Shown here one piece after another: positions 15,851-28,778 of a stretch of 64,000 bases of DNA (the stretch's first letter is position 1; each line of letters opens with the position of its first letter). Under the pieces are notes generated by a model. That model worked only from the letters and a program-made list of their open reading frames with translations, searched no databases and had not been told where the DNA came from. Origin of the DNA: Spizellomyces punctatus DAOM BR117 (lineage: Eukaryota); NCBI GenBank assembly GCA_000182565.2, contig KQ257456.1; one strand, given 5' to 3'. A program made the translations under genes and the position numbers.

Positions 15851-18800
15851 TCAGAATCGACTCACGTCCCTTTGTGAAAAAGCAAAAAATTAGAAATTGG
15901 ATGGATGGACAATAGGAGGAATTCAAAAATCGCTACCTTCCGAATAATTTACTAAAGTTGACAGAACCTCGCATCAGCTGGGTCATGAACAACAATGGCA
16001 CGAAATCAATATTTCATTCTCATACCTTTTGATCCAGTCAAATGCCAATAATACCCGTGTGCGCATGGACACTTGCCTAGCGAGATAGGCTCCACGCCAT
16101 AAGAGGAAGACGCCTGCAAAATATATGAAGTGTAAACTTTTTGCAAGGCGAAACTAACATGATTGAGAACAAATGCCTACCAAAACCCCCACCCGTTCTG
16201 CCCTCGCCCAGGTCAATCACCGCGGTTTCTTAAAAAGGACCATCAACAACAGGGTTAAAAAGTGAAATCAATATCACAAATGAGTGACAGATGAAGGCAA
16301 CGCACTTTCACCAATGTAGGAGAAATTTCCTAGATGTTTGTAGTAAAACGGCGGTAATGTTTGCTCTACAACTGGGCGCAAATCAGACGGTGTGAACGCC
16401 AGACTGTTAAATTTCCGAGCGAGGTAGGCCCCTTGCTGCCTTGCAACCTGAGCAGTGGCGGGCAGCGAGGTTAGCTTTTTATCAACGTCGTCAAGTAGTT
16501 TCTGTGCAAGATCCAACGATGAGGTCAGTGTCTTTATCCGAGCCAACCACAATGTCTGAATTCTACCGTGATTTCATCCAGATCGAGGACATTGTTCTTG
16601 TCAATGTCGTATGTGTCAAACAAACTGCGTAATTTGCTGAGATGAACTGCCGTTTGCGGATATTGATCTACAATGCTACCGATAACCTGATATCGGAAAG
16701 CGCAAGGCCAGGTCAGTAAAATCCGTAGTCCTTGCATAGAAACCAAGACGTGCAGGTAATGTAATCACCGATTGAAATTGTTGATACGTCAGACGGTCCA
16801 TTCCAGCTTTTTGAAATCTGTTTCAAAGCTTCTTGAGCCATGCGTATCATATAATTATGAATCCGGCGCTTCAGCTATTCGCACCAACCTCTCTTTCACA
16901 ATCTCCAGCATTCTGGGATTTTCAATGGTCGCACAGTCGCCTATGCTGTGAATTAAGAGGAGCGAATTAGACAAGTACCTTGATTTACTTGTAGAAAGCT
17001 AAGACCTACGCGTAAATATTGGGATCCCCTTTAAGTTTCAGGCGGGAGTCAACTTCAAGTGCTCGCGTGTTCTCTTGTTGCTGTAATTTCCCAACAAGAC
17101 GCCGTGTAAAATCGCGCATTCCAATACCCGTGCTGTGCCAAGACCTGTAAATTCCTTCCATCAAGTCCGGAAGAATTCAAATGTGGCATACCTCCATAAA
17201 CAGATACCGAATGGGAGCCTGGAACCCAGGATTACTACAGATTTACAGGATCCATCAGCTTGTAATCAATGACCTACACAAATGTGTTCGGCTCTCCTTT
17301 AGGAACATTCTTTTTTCGATACGTAATGGCCGCGCTATCGACTTCAGTTACGCGAGCGTTAGTGATTACATTGATCTTATGTTTTCGTAGTTTCTCCTCC
17401 GCAATTGCGGAGATGGCTGGTTTGGTGAAGGTTGCGTCAAAATTTGGAAGTGCGACTTGGCGTTTCGAAAACCATCCAGGCCATACCCATCGAAAACGTA
17501 TTTAAGATATGATCCGCGCTCTGTATGATTGTCACGCTCACGTCTTTCTCCAATATATCAGGGAAGTAGTTTATGAGGTCCTGCATTAAGGGAAAGACAA
17601 CACATGAGCTTCAAACAAAACGGAAGCAGAAGAACGCTATTCCAATGTGCACCAACCTCGTGCAGAAAATCATAGAGTTCTGTTGACATGGAATCAGCGC
17701 GCGTTCAATATAACGTTGCACTACTCCAAAATGCTTTATACACACCAGACGCATACTCCACGCCAGTAGGACCGCCTCCAGCGATAACGAAACTTAACAA
17801 TCTCTAAGATGTAGTAAGGACCAATCAGCGACCGCCAGAAACCTCGATAAGGCCAACTTTTTTGAATCCTCCTTTTTTTGAACAAACCTTTCGTTCCAGC
17901 TCTGATGTGGTTGGCAGTGCTGCGAGTTCAAAGTTTGTCATTAGCTCAACGCGTAGCCTGCGGGCATCCGCAATGGTTTTCAGAAAGCGAGTATGTTCTT
18001 GAACACCGGGAACCCCGAGAGTGTTGTTTTGAGCTTTTAGTAGAAGCAGTAAGTATCTCTCGAATGACGCTTTCATTGGGTCGTATTTTGAACGTACCAC
18101 CGACAGCAACAACTGCAAGGTTCACCCGAGCATTATCAGATGAGCGACGAGTTTGGCATCAACGGCATGTCTTCGTCATGAAAGCTCACCTAGTCGATCG
18201 TACGGAACTAGAAAATGGCGTCCGTCTTCACCCACCACCTCAACCACTTTTTCCTTGAGGTGAACATCTAACGTTGTATATCCAATATTAGTCGTAATTC
18301 TACCCTTGGAGAACGACTGGACTGTTCAGTACCATACGCCTCGGCTTCACAAAAGTGAGCACGTGGTGTCCGACATATATACCGTATGCTTTCCTTTGCA
18401 AAAGTTGCAAGTAAATGTGTGTGAGACGATCGCCGACGCGTTAAAGCCATTTCGCCTATGGTTACGGCGTAATGCGGGGCTTACCAATAAACTCCTGGCT
18501 TCAACGGTTCCTGTTGTTGCCTAAAGCACCGTTCAATGCAACACCTAAGGATGGAACCCATGAAAAGCGGCGATATACCTCTGGCAGGAGTGGAGTAAAG
18601 AGGAAGTCTAGTTCATCGTGAGCCATAAGCATTCCCGGAATGACAAAGAGAAACCATCCACATACAATTTGTTGGCGAGATGACAACCGTGTCTGTAGAG
18701 CAAAAGATAATGATTCTCAGCGGTGCCATCAAAGATCTAATAGATGGTAGGGCTCCTACTCACAGTAGCCATTCGGCTCGAGATCCTATATCCCAATATA

Positions 18801-19332
18801 TAATCAGACCAAAAAAATATCAGAGCAGGTCGTCACGCCTTCACTGGCTATATCAAGACTCTGGGTTTAACTCCCATGTTACGGTTGTCATACTGACCTT
18901 GAGCAAACTCGTCGCACCCCATCCAGAGCCCAAAATAACAAGCCTCGGCTTTCCTAGATCTGAGGTATCGTCTCCAAAAACAGTAACAACTGGTAGTTCC
19001 TTGTCGTATATCGTCATTGTCGGCGGGTAAGATGTATCCGCCGCTACGGGTAGGCCGGGCGGCGTAATGGGAGCGGCAATTAGCGGACTGGAATCCGTCA
19101 AAGACTCTGCACTAATGAACGATGGGCTTTCGGCACCAAGTAATATGGCTGCGCCGGTCCCGAAAGCTACTGCACCGAGGATAACTTTGTGCATCTTTGC
19201 CGTCTTTACAAGGACCGCATTTTTGGTAGGCGCGGTAGATAGGCGGGCGACGAGTGGGGGCCAGGCGGGTTTGGATCTTGCATGGTTCAAGGGACGGCAG
19301 ACCGCCCGGAGATATCTTGCAGCGTTGGTCAT
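15851..19332 (-). CDS. Type II (alternative) NAD(P)H:quinone oxidoreductase with EF-hand insert; many short exons
   Basis: Mitochondrial presequence, LVILGSGWGA, FLFTPLLP, AGGGPTGVEYA, EF-hand FDTYDIDKNNVLDLDEI, LPATAQVARQQG and C-terminal FGRDVSRF* (TGA at 15851-15853). Confidence 0.92.
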
Positions 19333-20157
19333 TAAGCTGTTCTCTTTGGAAATTGCAACGATCCGCGGATTGTTAATAATGCTGCCGAGACGGGTGTGAG
19401 GTGACGCGATAAATCCGACGGCCTATGTCATCAAGATCAATTTCATATATCTTTGAGCCGTTTTGGACATAGAAGGGTCCAGCAAACCGTTCGCAAATGC
19501 CGAAAGCAACTTCAAAGTTTAAGATGGTCGATGATCACACGTCGATCGCTGTATAAGATCATCATTAAGGGTTCATGTCGTCGATCATCCGCAACATTAG
19601 CTGATATGTGTGGGGGATGTAGTGTGGTATATGGACATTCTTTTTGCTAATGGAAATGAAGACCATCGACAGAAAAAATAAAACAAACCATCATTGGTAA
19701 ACTTGCAACAGAGTTGGGATTGATGATGCAGGTTTTGTCAGAATCAAATTGTAGGGCACATGAAAGGGTGTTCCAGGTATTTGCACGGATTTGGATTACG
19801 ATGAATAGAGGAAATTTGAACTTGGAGTAGGTGTATGGCAGATGCGTCTTGGGAAAACCAATAGCGATACCAATCATGCCAAATGCCCCCATTGCTTGCA
19901 CCGTGCAACGGACCCAGCAAGTTCAAGGACGGAACGACAGTCTCCCCGTCCTACTACAGTACCTACTTGAGCAATACGCCCTTGCTGGTCGTTCCTTGTT
20001 GCTATGCCAATTGCACACGCACAGACGCGGGCGTGCGCAAAGGTCAAGCGACCGTCCAGCCTCGCACTTTTGTTATCTTGCACAGTGTTATCTATAAGCG
20101 TCAACTATTTATATGGGATAGAGCTGCTCCTACTCCCCTTATTTATTCGCATGTACA

Positions 20158-22019
20158 ATGTCACTTCCCACCCCCGCTCCCATAAACATTCCGTTATCCG
20201 CCCGTTTTCGGTTTCGCGATGATATCCCCGTGTCCGCATGTTCGAGTCCACGTTCTATCGCAGTATTCTCTGGCGGGTCGGCTATGAATACCTTTGTCAC
20301 GCTGCTACAATCCTTTACAGATGATACTGCCTACATTATGCCCGTGTCCGATGATGGTGGGGGATTAGACCGTGATGTCACATTTTGTTGGACCAGCACT
20401 AACTCTTTGTGCTAGGCGGATCGACGTCGGAAATCATCAAAGTCTTGGGTGGACCTGGAATAGGAGACTTGCGATCTAGAGTGGTTCGATTGGCGGAAAC
20501 CGGGTCGGCAGAGGTGTGAGTTCAATTTTAAGAGCTTCGCAGTGTCCTGGTGTCATACCGATTGATTTTTTGGGCGATAAAGTCAAGAGCAGTTCACGAT
20601 CTCTTGAGCTACCGATTACCATTTGATACCTTGAATGCGAATAGTCCCACTTCCAATCCGTCTATCCCTACGGCGAAAGCTGTCTGGTTTGAGATTCTTG
20701 AGGGGCGGCACGTACTATGGCAAGGAATATCCGATCCTTATCGAGAGACAATCCGAGCCTTCCTTGCGCATTTTCAACATGAACTTGTAAAGTCTGCAAC
20801 GCGACGACCGCCATTCGAGTATCAGGGCGGTTCAATTGGGAATTTCTTCTTGACGGGATCGAGACTCTTTTTCGACAATCTCGATGCCGCAGTATTTCAG
20901 TTTGCGCGAATAATGCGTGTACCACCGAGAACAGAGGTAGTACCGGTGCTTGCAACCGCACGGGGGGTTGTCACAATTGCGGCTGCCCTTCGAAATGGAG
21001 AGGTCATTGTGGGTCAGTGCGACATATCCCATCCGGGGCAAATGGTACCAGAAGGCTCCCGCTCACGAACAGGGTCACTCGGCTCTTCGGACGGAAAAGG
21101 GTCGGCCACTCTCTCTACACCACCAACAGACGTCCCACGAAGTCAACCAGAGCGACTTATCCCTTTTCAATCCCTAAGTCGACATCCTAGCCAGAATCTT
21201 ATTTTTTCAAAGACCGCCTGTCCCTCTCTACCCTCAGCAATACGTCGAATTTACTACGTCAACCGTGAGCGGCAGGAGATATTTCCTGATTTGAATCCCC
21301 TTGTGGTAGCAAATCTGGCCCGGAAGCGGACTATCATATATGGTTGCGGATCTCTGTACACGTCAATACTTCCTTGCTTGGTTGTACCCGGAGTAGGGCG
21401 GCTTCTAGCAGACCCGCTATCTAGGAGCTCGGTGGACCGCTTCAGCATTCGAACCTCGATACCTTCCCCCTTCCCGTCCCGAAGTCATTTGTCGAGGGTA
21501 AAATTGTTACTTCTCAACGGAACTCATGATCGGGAATCCAAAGATTATACCGCGATGGATTTTGTGCTGGGCATAACAGATGCTTTAAACTACTCATGTC
21601 TAGCAGAGGAACGAGCGCGACGTGCTGTGGGACGGCAGCCATCCTCTCGAAGTATAATCCAAGAAATGGAAGGTTCACACCCATATGGCGGGAATAGCAA
21701 TGGCAAACCGATTAGTCCGTCATGGTGGACAGGAAATACGGCGGCAAGCAGCGACGGGGACTCGGGGATATCTGCGGGAAAGATAGTGGAAATGCACAGC
21801 GATTCGGGTCGCAGTTATCTTGCAAGTCCTCATCCACCAGGTGCGTACATTACCCATCTACTGTATCCGGAGGATGGAGAAGTCAAGGTGGAGGTGGAGA
21901 AGATAGAGTCTTTTGGAATACGATGTATCAGAGTGCGCTCTACAGGCGTGGAGGGATCTCAGAAAGGGCACTATGGGATTGATGAGCTGAAGGAGGTGTT
22001 GGACCATTTGATAATGTAA
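20158..22019 (+). CDS. UPF0052 / CofD-like (YvcK-related, YNL011C-like) protein
   Basis: IAVFSGGSA, PVSDDGG/GSTSEI, GPGIGDLRSR, SIGNFFLTG, IIYGCGSLYTSILP and LLLNGTHDRES. Confidence 0.85.
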
Positions 22020-22163
22020 TCGCAATCATTTTCATGTATAAACAAACGGCTTCAATTTATCTATCACGTGATACTCAAATCGTGGGGAAATTTCATTTTC
22101 GTGGGGCTTAATGAGCCTTTTTTAGGCCGTGCGCAGACCTTGCCTAATGCTTAAACTGCAGCC

Positions 22164-23385
22164 ATGACTGTAACAATGAACGAGGAGCCAGCAAATGGGC
22201 AGCAATGGGGACTCACATTTGAAGGAGTGAAGACAGTGCGTGTGCGTCAAGTACCCATCCCGACCATTCAGGAGCCCACCGACTGCATTGTGAGTTTCCG
22301 AATTTACTAATGTCGTTCAATGTGCACGCTGTAAACTTTCATGCATTTTCTGTAGGTCAGGACGTCCCTTGTTGGCGTTTGCGGTAAGAATCATATTGTA
22401 TTGCGACGCTGTTCCCATATTACATACTTATAGCACGTCGCAACCAGGCTCTGATTTGCATGCCTACCATGGTCGTGAAGCAGGCTGTGACCACGGCACA
22501 GTCATGGGGCACGAATTGGTTGGGATCGTCGATGCAGTGGGAGCATCAGTAACGTCGCTAAAAGTTGGAGATCGCGTCATGTGTCCTTTCACTACGAACT
22601 GCGGCTCATGCTTTTACTGCAAACGGGGGTTGACGGCACGTTGCACTACCGGACAGCTGTTTGGATGGAAATCTGGCGGAAAGGGTTTGGACGGGGGCCA
22701 AGCACAGTATGTTAGAGTACCTTTGGCAGATGGTACGCTATCGCGCATTCCTGAAGGTGTGACAGATGAGGAAGCTTTGTTGCTGGGTGATATCTTTTCC
22801 ACTGGATTCTTTTGTGCCGACAATGGCGGCATCGAAGCTGACCAAGATCAAGTTGTTGCGGTTATTGGATGTGGGCCGGTGGGATTGATGGCCATTTTAG
22901 GTGCCCGAGAATTAGGGGCAAAACGTGTTATTGCGATCGATATGGTCACTGATCGCTTAGATCTTGCCAAAGAATATGGCGCTGAGCCGGTTCATTTGAA
23001 AGAACAGGATCCCCTTGCTGCCGTGCATGCAGCAACGGAAGGACGCGGAGCTGACGTTGTACTGGAAGTTGTAGGGTCAGAAAGTGCAATGGAATTGGCA
23101 TACAAACTTTTGCGTCCTGGTGGAACCTTGTCATGCGTTGGAGTTCACAATGAGGATAAATTAGCCTTTAGCCCGAACGATGCTTACGACAAAAACATTA
23201 CATTTCGGATTGGAAGGTGTCCAGCTAGACATTTTATGGAGAAACTGGTCCCCGTTGTGGTGAGCAAAAAGTATGATCTGACACGCATCATCACCCATCG
23301 CATGGACTTGAAAGAGGCGGTCGAGGCGTACGATATGTTTGATAGAAAGTTGGATGGCTGCATCAAGATTGTGCTCAGAACGTAG
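22164..23385 (+). CDS. Zinc-dependent MDR alcohol/formaldehyde dehydrogenase-like protein
   Basis: GVCG/SDLH, GHE, structural zinc motif CGSCFYCKRGLTARC, GGQAQYVRVP and Rossmann GCGPVG. Two short 5' introns. Confidence 0.92.
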
Positions 23386-23839
23386 AGCTAGGACGTAGAC
23401 GGGGAGGGAGATGGAGTAGAGATTAGCTGTACCACTCATATGAAGAAAGCACACATTGCATGCATCTTGTTGGTAAAAGCCCAATGCGTTTAATAACTGT
23501 AATTTCTTATCGATTTTACTTTGGGGCTGAATTCCAAACACGTGTTTGCACTTGTCACACTTACTCGGCTAATCCTCCTGCCCACATGGGGGCAGAGACG
23601 GAGACAACAATGGCCATTGGGTTTTGGGAAAGTGTAAACTGTAGGAGACCACTAGTGGCGAGATCTCGAACAGCTGAGGTTTTCTTTTTTTTCAGTTTGT
23701 TGTCGGCAGCATTCCCTTTTGCCCTTCTTCTGACTACCGATAAGCATATCTTTGAGGCGACTTGCAAGGGATAGCGGTCACCGACAAACACTCTTGTCGT
23801 CACTCGATTTCGCTTGGAGGGAACTGCCGTTGTAATTCA

Positions 23840-26778
23840 ATGTCAGACTGTCAAGTTCCCCAATATTCTGATAATGTCACTCAACGCTTGAACAACATGC
23901 AAGGACCACCTCTCCCACAGCACTCTCTAATCTATCCCAACGTTCCTCTAAAACGGACACGAAGCACTCGGGCTTGCGACACTTGTCGACGGAAACGAAC
24001 AAAGTGTTCTGGCGGACAACCATGTGAAGGGTGTATCGCCTTTGGTTTGGTTTGCGCATACACCGCACCTCAAAAGAAGCGCGGCCCACCAAAGCGAGCC
24101 GAGGCTCAAAAGACGCAGACAACGCTGGGCGAACGCCTCAAAACTGTGGAATCTCTTCTCAGCGGACTAATAAATGGAGCTCCGTCCTTGCCAGCAGCAG
24201 CGAAACGTGACCGCTCCCTTTCCGAAGCGTCTGAAGGATCTTGTTACCGAACCTCTTTCAGTCAGTATTCGGACTCGGAGGATGATGATGAGGATGAAGA
24301 AGACGGTGTGGAAAGTGATAATACTCATAAAGGGTTTAGTGGAATTGCCCTAGCTATACATCGCCCAAAAGCCCGAGAAGTCGGCGTGGCAAGAGTGTCT
24401 TCGCCTGATTCGGATCCTGGTGCGTCTGCTCCGACTTTCTGTCAAGTGCCCTGGAGAGCGGGTGTGACAGTAACCGATCCAAAGAGCGGCGTGCTTGTGC
24501 AAAGCTTGTCGCTAAACGATGAGTCTGTCATTGCTCATCGATTTAACAATACAACCGGGAACATAACAATCGTAGAGGATGTAGTGACGGACACTGTTCT
24601 CTTTTACGGAAGTACCAGCACATCCAATACACATTCGTTACGCCAGAGTCCCCGTTTTAACGACGGTGTCATGTCCATCGCCTTGCGGTCAGATGTTGTT
24701 CCAGCTAATACTCCCATATCCCTCGATTCTCCTCCCTGCTCTCCTGATCTCGTTCACCATCTCGTTTCCCTGTATTTTACACACGTGCATCCATATTTTC
24801 CTATGGTCGATCGGACCGCATTTACTCGCCAACTCAAGGAGAAGCAGACAGAGGTGAGTTAATTGCAAGTCGAATATATTGTGATTGCTAGGATGACTAA
24901 ATGAAGGAACGTAGCATTTTTCTCTCTTGCTCAACAGCATGTGTGCTCTTGTAACACAGCAAACAAGGTCGCTTGCCGCATGGGGAATATCAAGTCCATC
25001 AGAGCTGCATCGTGCTTTCTTCGAGCGGGCTCGGGCGCTGTTAGGGAAGCAATTTGACTGGCCTCACATCAACAATGTTCAAGCTCTTTTACTTTTGACA
25101 TTGGTTGGTGCTGGGACGAATACGAATGCGGCCAGTTATCAGTACATTGGTAATATTGTAGTTACCGCTCAAAGCTTTCATTCGGAGCTGACGTATTGTT
25201 TCCCTGTATTTAGGCATAGCACACCGCCATGCGGTGGAATTGGGAATGCATAGAAATTTAGAAAAACTGAACCATCCTGGTCTGGATAATGGAATGAAGG
25301 AACAGATGCGTGCGACATGGTTTTGCTTGTACATTCTGGACCGCTACACTGGAGTCCACCAAGGAAGACCATTCGCGATCAATGATGATGGTAGGGGGCT
25401 TAGCATATGAAAACTTAAATTTCGGCAATTTTGACGTGAAGTTAATCCGCCATGGTTTCATCTTAATTTAGACTGGGATACTCCATTACCGTGTCAGGAC
25501 GAAACGTCCGATGTTGCTCGAATGGTTCGGCATGTTTCGTTGTGTTCCATATTGGGACAAATTGCCAACTACGTTAATCGGCCGTCTGGGCGCCGGCGCC
25601 GAAGCCGGTCTAGTCGCGAGCAACTCGTACGAGATATGGATGGCGAACTCGCGCAGTGGCATTCTCTATTACCAGATGATTTAAGGCGCGATCCAACGCG
25701 CGATGTGGGCTCTTGGTCGTTTCATCATCACCTGCATGTGATGTACCATACGGCGGTGATTTTACTACACCGTATCGCTACCGGCCGTTTCGGCGGGGTT
25801 TGTGTAGCAAGCGCAATTGCTATTCGACAAACCCTGGAAGCACTTCCAATGTCAGCCAGCAGCGGCACAAGTGTGCCGGACGATTTCGTGTTTGTCATGC
25901 CTATTGTTGTCTATTCTGGGCTTACAGCCTCCACTTTATTCTTGGACATGGTTCTTGATGGTCGAGCACACTCCGCCAGGCCCACTCCTCGCCGCAAGCG
26001 GTCAAAAGGTGAAGATGACGTGGATGGCGAGATTGCCTTGGAAAGCGGCATCAATGCATTGGAAGAGCTGAAGAAGAGCTTGCCGGTCTTTGAAAAGCTA
26101 AAAGACACGTCAATGTTTTCCGTGTACTACGGACAATTAGTCGCGGAATGTGTCCGTGGAAGTGGTGTGAAGGTGGGAGAGACGGACAGAAGGACGGGCA
26201 ATTCAGATCAAGGAGAAGCCGCACCGTCAAGCAATCGGGCGCACGAAGTGAACCGAGCAAATGGGAGTAACGAACATTTGGGCGATACTGGAGGACCGTG
26301 TGCTGCGTCGGTTTACAGTGGAAGTACGTCGTACGCTTCTCCGGCCATGGGAAATCCTGCACCCGTACAGGTAGCAGCAGTGCCAGACACACTGGGTGCG
26401 AACAGCGAGACCGGATATCCAGGACCAGGTGGAATGAACCCAGGGGTTACCAATACAATGGGAGGGCTGAATCAACCGATGGGACCCTCTTCATCAGGAC
26501 CGTACTTTGCCGATTCTATCTTTTCCGAACTGTTGAATCCATTTTTCGATCCATCTCCTGGTTGGTGGGGGGACGTGGGTTTGGCCAGCCCGCCAAATGC
26601 ACCTGGCAATTACCCTCGTGACGGTCAAAATGCACCGGTTGTCAGCGTTGCAGACGGAAGAGGGCTTTCAGGATCTCCTGCAGATTATTTTGCCACTCCA
26701 ACGAGCTCGTCTCCGCAATTATACGATGGAATATTGACCACCGACTCGGAAGTGGACGGGGGAAAAGCAGCATTTTGA
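23840..26778 (+). CDS. Zn(II)2Cys6 transcription factor with fungal-specific middle homology region
   Basis: ACDTCRRKRTKCSGGQPCEGCIAFGLVC, YFTHVHPYFPMVD, VQALLLL and AVELGMHR. Confidence 0.93.
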
Positions 26779-27240
26779 TGGAAATAATTACTTTTGTATA
26801 TAATTCAATGGAGGGCGTGTGTACATGTATTAGTACAAAGTGAATGTAGATAGCTTTGTGATATCACAACGTAGTTTTTTAATTCTTGGTAACCTTCTTG
26901 TTGCAAGTCTTTAATCGGTTGCGATTTGTTTACGTTCATGAGTCCAAATATAGGGCATTCTGTCATCAAGTCACGGGGTCCGCCAAGACGGAGCACGACT
27001 TTGACAATAGAAACAATCTTGATTTTGCATACAGCTTGATACCACACAGTCTACTCTCCGAGTCTCCTCAAAAGTGCAAGGATATCGACTCATCCTCTCC
27101 GTCTCTCTCGCTATTTACGTGTTTCATTATTGCATTGCATTCCTTTCGGTTTTTGACGGTGGCAAAGAAGAAGAGACGTACCGGAGATAGAGAGGCCCAC
27201 ATTAAAGCAATCCTGCAATCTACAAAGAAGGGAGGCAAGC

Positions 27241-28145
27241 ATGAGTGGCATGGATAGTAAGTAGTGCTGGGATTTGAGGAGAGCCGAATCACTTCTGCGT
27301 AGCTTTACTTTTGCGTAGCTACTCTGTGTCCCGATGCTATGAACTTTTAAACTAACGCGTGCTTGTGCATTCTAGAACATCTCTTTCAGCTCAAGTTCAC
27401 GGCGAAGCAGTTGCAGAGACAGGCCAAGAAGTCGACAAAGGATGAGGCAACAGAAAAGGCAAAATTGAAGAAGGTGTGTGGTTATTGCAGACGGAGGTTC
27501 ATTAACCAAGAAGAGAGGCGTGCCCTTTGGGAGCTACAGTTTTAATACGGGTGTAGGGTCTTGGTTAACACGGTGCTTTTCGTTCCAAATAGGCTATTCA
27601 GCAGGGGAATATGGAGGGCGCTCGAATTTATGCTTCAAATGCCATCCGTAAGAAGAACGAAGCACTCAATCTTCTTCGGTTGGGATCTCGCATTGACGCA
27701 GTTGCTTCACGTGTGCAAACGGCGGTTACTATGCGGAGAGTATCGACTTCCATGGCGGGAGTGGTGAAAGGGATGGAGAAGGCAATGAACAGCATGAATT
27801 TGGAGCAGGTAGGGTACAAACAACATCCCTATCGATTGAATAGCTTACTGATGCGTTCCCATCATTTGAAAGATCTCCATGATTATGGACAAATTCGAAT
27901 CCCAATTTGAGGACCTGGACGTACAAACCCAATACATGGAGTCATCAATGGGCCAGACGACGGCCATGGCAACACCGCAAGACCAGGTAGAAGATCTCAT
28001 GCAGCAAGTTGCGGATGAGAACGGATTGGAGTTGCAGATGGAGATGCCTGGTGCAGCCACTGGTACTCTGGCTGTTGGAACAGCTACGGTGGAGAAGGAG
28101 CAAGATGAGTTGACTGAGCGACTGGCAAAGTTGAGAAATGGTTAA
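27241..28145 (+). CDS. DID2: ESCRT-III associated CHMP1/Did2/Vps46
   Basis: [44 protein letters not shown] and C-terminal MIM1 [11 protein letters not shown]. Confidence 0.93.
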
Positions 28146-28329
28146 ATATGGCGCTGTGTAGTGGAGGATTGGGTTTGGGTAGTGATTTTGGGTTTCGTCA
28201 TTGCACATCGTACATTTAATAGATGGAAAAAATTGGAAAGGTTTGCGTTTCACGTCTTACGCTACATACGGTGTGCTTTCAGTGAATACTACATGTGACT
28301 CAAATATGTTGGTCAGGACTGTGATCAGC

Positions 28330-28403
28330 GGTCTCGTGGTGTAGTTGGTTATCACATCAGTCTAACACACTGAAGGTCTCCAGTTCGAACCTGGACGAGA
28401 CCA
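28330..28403 (+). tRNA. tRNA-Val (anticodon AAC)
   Basis: Acceptor stem GGTCTCG/CGAGACC plus discriminator A, D-arm TGGTGTAGTTGGTTATCAC, anticodon arm TCAGT-CTAACAC-ACTGA and T-arm TCCAG-TTCGAAC-CTGGA. No intron. Confidence 0.96.
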
Positions 28404-28423
28404 TCTTCTAGTTGGTTGTCGTC

Positions 28424-28430
28424 TTTTTTT
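28424..28430 (+). terminator. Pol III terminator (T7) of tRNA-Val
   Basis: Run of seven T about 20 nt after the tRNA 3' end. Confidence 0.7.
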
Positions 28431-28778
28431 GTCCCGCGGTCAACATTTCTAGGTATATGCAACTATTGTGAGCTAGAATATATAATGAGGGTCGCAGTTG
28501 GATTGCTCTTCCAAATGGTTTTACGACTGTGGATATTTTTGTTGACGGGATGCAAAAGTCAAGCAAGAAACCGTAAATTGCCAGAATTTTTAAGTAGCAA
28601 ATGCCTTCTTGGGTGAGTCATAAACAGTCCTACTTGACGAAATCTTCGAACAGGAAATGGTTTAAACGGGGACATGACGCAGACATCATCTTCATCAGTA
28701 CACCTTTTCTAAACTGTCGGCAAGCGAATTAGCTATGCGTATAAACATCTATATAACCTTACAGTAGAACAGAAAGCA

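Noticed and set aside
19647-20222. Cluster of short overlapping ORFs upstream of the UPF0052 gene
   Set aside because: I could not build a consistent spliced model or find a recognisable motif.
22164-26778. ADH plus Zn2Cys6 TF as a secondary-metabolite cluster
   Set aside because: There is no backbone enzyme or tailoring gene set, and the flanking genes are housekeeping.
28401-28403. Apparent genomically encoded CCA on tRNA-Val (bacterial-like)
   Set aside because: The CC is the end of the acceptor stem and the A is the discriminator base; no extra CCA follows.
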